Origin: Scyliorhinus canicula
Lineage: Eukaryota
Assembly: GCF_902713615.1 (NCBI RefSeq)
Contig: NC_052154.1
Coordinates: forward strand, 37,128,322 to 37,192,321
Reading direction: 5' to 3'
Length of the DNA stretch: 64,000 nucleotides
Shown: positions 59,981-64,000 of the stretch, one piece after another
Layout: each line of letters opens with the position of its first letter
Position numbering within the stretch: the first letter of the stretch is position 1
Notes under the pieces: generated by a model
Database searches by the model: none
The model's input: the letters and a program-made list of their open reading frames with translations, nothing else
What the model was told of the DNA's origin: nothing
Translations under genes and position numbers: made by a program

Positions 59981-60260
59981 GGACAGCACAGTAGCATAGT
60001 GGTTAGCACTATGGCTTCACAGTGCCAGGGTCCCAGGTTCGATTCCTGGCTTGGATCACTGTGCGGAGTCTGCACGTTCTCCCCGTGTCTGCCTGGGTTT
60101 CCTCCAGGTGCTCCGGGTTCCTCCCACAAGTCCTGAAAGACGTGCTGTTAAGCAATTGGGACATTCTGAATTCTCCTTCTGTGTACCCGAACAGGCTCTG
60201 GAATGAAGTAACTAGGGGTTTTTCACAGTAGCTTCATTACAGTGCTAATGTAAGCCTACT
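59981..60260 (+). mobile_element. Chimeric SINE, tail cut by a Gypsy LTR
   Basis: Same structure as 41365-41668; the tail stops at aagcctact. Confidence 0.8.
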
Positions 60261-63200
60261 TGTTGGTGTGTTGGGTCAGCTGGGTCTATATGGACTGTGT
60301 TTGATGCAATTTAGCGAGAGACAGACTTCTAACACTTGATGAGATGCAACACGATTTTATTTAACATCTAACTATTTTACATGTTCAACTGTGGGTTGAC
60401 ACTATGCTGACTTGACTGGAGACCTGAGGCTAGCCTGACCAGACGAACTGACTACCACATGGTGTTTGTAATGGCTATGCTCACGAGCTCTGACTGTCTC
60501 AGAGGCTGGATCCCGAGAACACGGGAAAACTGGTGCCCTCTGCCTTTATAGTGGTCGTGTCCTGTCTGATGATTGGCTGCTGTGTTGTGTGTGCTCACTG
60601 GTCATCCTGTGTGTCAATCACTGCCTGTCTGCACTCCATTATATACATGGATGAATATTATCTCCCACCCCTTTTTTTTTAAAGTTTGTGTTCAGATAAT
60701 AAATAGTAAGGTGTATGTGCGTGAAGATGTGTATATGTGCGTGACTATATACAGAATATGCTAAAATGGACTTGTATACGTAGGAAGGTGTCGCTAGTGC
60801 AGATATAGGGCAGATATAAAAACAATATTTACAGATGTCAAAACGATGAGGTAACAAAGTTGTGCAAATATTCAGTCTATAAGTTTAGTCTCTGTGGCGG
60901 GCGACGATTTCTGGTTGACTGCCTCAAGGGTGGAGCAGGGGCCACCTGCACTTGGATAGAGTTTCATAGAATTTACAGTGCAGAAGGAGGCCATTCGGCA
61001 CATCGAGTCTGCACCGGCTCTTGGAAAGAGCACCCTACCCAAAGTTAACACCTCCACCCTATCCCCATAACCCAGTAACCCCGCCCAACACTAAGGGCAA
61101 TTTTGGACACTAAGGGCAATTTATCATGTCCAATCCACCTAAGCTGGATGGGCGGGACTGCCACCAATGCGGTGCTCGCAGAGGTCGGTAGGATTGCTGG
61201 TAGATCGGTGGCCTCGTGGCAGGGCGCGTCCGGAGGAAGCAGTGTGTGAGGTGGGACATCACGGTTGGGTGGCGGACGTAGAAGTCTGTGCAGCGCCCGC
61301 CTGTTGCGTCGTAGGAAAGAGCCATCAGCCATGCGAACGAGGAACGATCTCGGGGCCACTTGCTTGACCACCACAGCTGTGGCGGACTAACTGCCGTCAG
61401 GCAGCTGTACATGAACTCGATCAGTTGGGACCAGCTCGGGGAATCCATGGCGTGAGCGTCATACGCTGATTTCTGTTGGGCCCGAGACTGCTGCATCCTC
61501 TGTATGACCGGGAAGTTGTCAAGGTACGGAATGTGGATGGCTGGAACCGTTGTTCATGAGCATCTGCGCTGGAGACAACCCAGTGGACAGCGGGGTCGCT
61601 CTGTAGGCCAACAGCGCCAGGTTGAAGTCGGAGCCTGAGTCTGCAGCCTTATATTGTAATCTTTTGACGATGTGGACCCCTTTTTTTTTAGAACAGTACA
61701 GCACAGCACAGAACAGGCCCTTCGGCCCTCGATGTTGTGCCGAGCAATGATCACCCTACTCAAGCCCACATATCCACCCTATACCAGTAACCCAACAACC
61801 CCCATTAACCTTATTTTTTAGAACACTAAGGGCAATTTAGGCTGGCCAATCCACCTAACCCGCACATCTTTGGACTGTGGGAGGAAACCGGAGCACCCGG
61901 AGGAAACCCACGCACACACGGGGAGGACGTGCAGACTCCACACAGACAGTGACCCAGCCGGGAATCGAACCTGAGACCCTGGAGCTGTGAAGCATTGATG
62001 CTAACCACCATGCTACCGTGCTGCCCATGTTTCGGCCTTCCCTTTTGACTGCGAGTAGTGGGGGCTAGATGTGACATGACGAAAGTTGCATAGCTGTGCA
62101 AAATCAGACCACTCCTAGCTGTAAAAACAGGGGCCATTGTCACTCATCACCGTGAGTGGTATCCCATTTCTGGCAAATGTTTCTTTGCATGCCTTAATCA
62201 CCGCCGCCGACGTGAGGTCGGACAGTCTCACACTTCGGGGTAATTGGAAAAGTAGTAAAGTAGTCGACCAGGAGGACATAGTCACACCCCCTTGGCATGG
62301 AAAAGATCGACACCGACTTTGGGGAGGTTACTATCTCATGTTGCTGCAGAGTTTCTTTAGATTGAGCTGACTGAAATTTTTGACATGTAGGGCAGTTGAG
62401 GACCGTGTTGGCAACATCCTGGCTGATGCCCGGCCAGTAGACTGCCTCCCAAGCTCTGCATCGACATTTCTTGGCCCCCAGGTGATCCTCGTGGATTTGG
62501 CCGAGCACCATAGCTCGCATGCTTTGTGGGACCACGATTCTGTCAAGCTTCATGAGGATGCCATCTACTACCGTCAGATCGTCCTTGACGTTGTAAAACT
62601 GGGGACACTGTCCCTTCTGCCAGCCATTCGTGAGGTGCTGCATCACCTGCTGGAGCAGAGGATCCCTGGCCTTTTCCTCACGAATTTGAATGACCCTCTC
62701 ATCAGAGGCCGGAAAGTTGGAGGCACAGAATTGCACCTGTGTGTGTCGATTTGACAAACGATGTCAGTTTGCTCACTGGGTGTGGTGATAGACCTGTAAA
62801 GAGCATCTGCAACGATGAGTTCTTTGCCTGGGGTGTAAACCAGTTCAAAATTGTGGCGACGTAGCTTGAAAAGGATGCGTTGTAACCGTGGCGTCATGTC
62901 ATTGAGGTCTTTTTGGATGATGTGGACCAATGGCCTGTGCTCCGTCTCAACTGTGAATTTGGGGAGGCCATATACATAGTCGTGGAACTTGTCAATTCCC
63001 GTTAGGAGGCCCAGGCATTCCTTCTCAATCGGAGCGTACCGTTGCTCAGTGGGCGTCATGGCTCTGGAGGCATACGCAACTGGGGCCCAGGAGTAGGAGT
63101 CATCCCGTTGGAGGAGCACCGCCCCAATGCCGTCATGGCTCGCGTCAGTGGATATTTTTGTCTCCTTGGCGGGGTCAAAAAATGCCAGTATCGGGGCTGT

Positions 63201-64000
63201 GGTGAGTTTTGCCCTCAGCTCACACCATTCTCTCTCATGAGCGGGCAGCCACTGAAATTCCGTCGACTTTCTGACGAGATGGCGGAGGGCTGTGATATGG
63301 GACGCCATGTTGGGGATGAACTTCCCAAGGAAGTTGACCATCCCTAGGAAGCGGAGGACCGCCTTCTTGTCCTCTGGGGTCTTCATGGCGTTGATTGCCG
63401 AAACTTTGTCAGCATCTGGCTGCACACCTTGCTGCGACATGTGGTCGCCAAGGAATTTGATTTCTGATTGATCGAATGAGCATTTGGCCCTGTTGAGTCG
63501 GAGGCCATGCTCGTAGATCATGTGGAATACCCGCTTGAGGTGATCAATGTGTTCTTGAGGAGTTGTGGACCAGATAATGACATCGTCAACGTACACTCGC
63601 ACCCCCTCGATGCCCTCCATCATCTGTTCTATTATGCGGTGAAATACCTCTGAGGCAGGATGATGCCAAAAGGCATTCGGTTGTAGCAGTAGTGACCGAA
63701 TGGGGTATTGAATGTGCACAGCTTGTGACTGGATGCGTCCAGCTGTATTTGCCAGAACCCCTTGGAGGCGTCCAGCTTTGTAAAGAATTTGGCATGAGCC
63801 ATCTCGTTGGTTAACTCTTCTCATTTTGGTATCGGGTAATGTTCCCTCATGTTGCGGTTTAAATCTTTGGGGTCGATACAGATTCGAAGCTCCCCTGACG
63901 GCTTCTTGACGCAGGCCATGGAGCTAACCCAGTCCGTGGATTCTGTGACCTTTGATATGTCGCCCTGGTCCTGGAGGTCTTGCTACAGCTGCTTGAGGCG
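60261..64000 (-). mobile_element. Ty3/Gypsy LTR retrotransposon (3' LTR about 60261-60660, PPT 60661-60684, pol pseudogene; continues beyond the window)
   Basis: RT ASEVFHR..YVDD..KCSF..KFLG; RNase H TDASHDGIGAVLLQ..IEKECL..HRPL; integrase H2C2 HEDHLG..YWPG..CPTCQ; KGVHIVKRL; RT-RH-INT order. SINEs at 60957-61143 and 61690-62026. Confidence 0.93.

Noticed and set aside
343-62026. tRNA genes suggested by A/B boxes
   Set aside because: All are SINE heads followed by SINE bodies; no complete cloverleaf.

Overview
Eukaryotic, repeat-dense genomic DNA. The SINE, LINE and DNA transposon complement (HE1-type tRNA SINEs with CR1 tails, CR1, L1/Tx1, Penelope, Harbinger) points to a cartilaginous fish, probably a shark (inference). 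The window lies inside the BANP (SMAR1/BEND1) gene on the minus strand. Three small coding exons from the Gln-rich C-terminal region are present (56200-56324, 44399-44461, 35233-35277), with canonical splice sites and compatible phases. The remaining sequence is intron, largely transposon-derived: several CR1 LINEs, a fairly intact 5'-truncated L1-clade ORF2, an RTE remnant, a Gypsy element (RT-RNaseH-integrase, LTR, PPT), Penelope GIY-YIG pieces, a pogo transposase remnant and more than 20 SINEs. The most notable structure is a PIF/Harbinger system not visible in the ORF track: a decayed two-gene element (transposase plus intron-containing Myb/SANT gene, convergent) and at least six related non-autonomous elements. 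One of these is a 2.4-kb element filled with modular G/C-rich arrays and two copies of a hairpin whose core is flipped. An unexplained 31-bp foldback array sits next to a BANP exon. No prokaryotic-type system (CRISPR etc.) was found. All protein assignments come from manual translation and remembered family motifs, not database searches.
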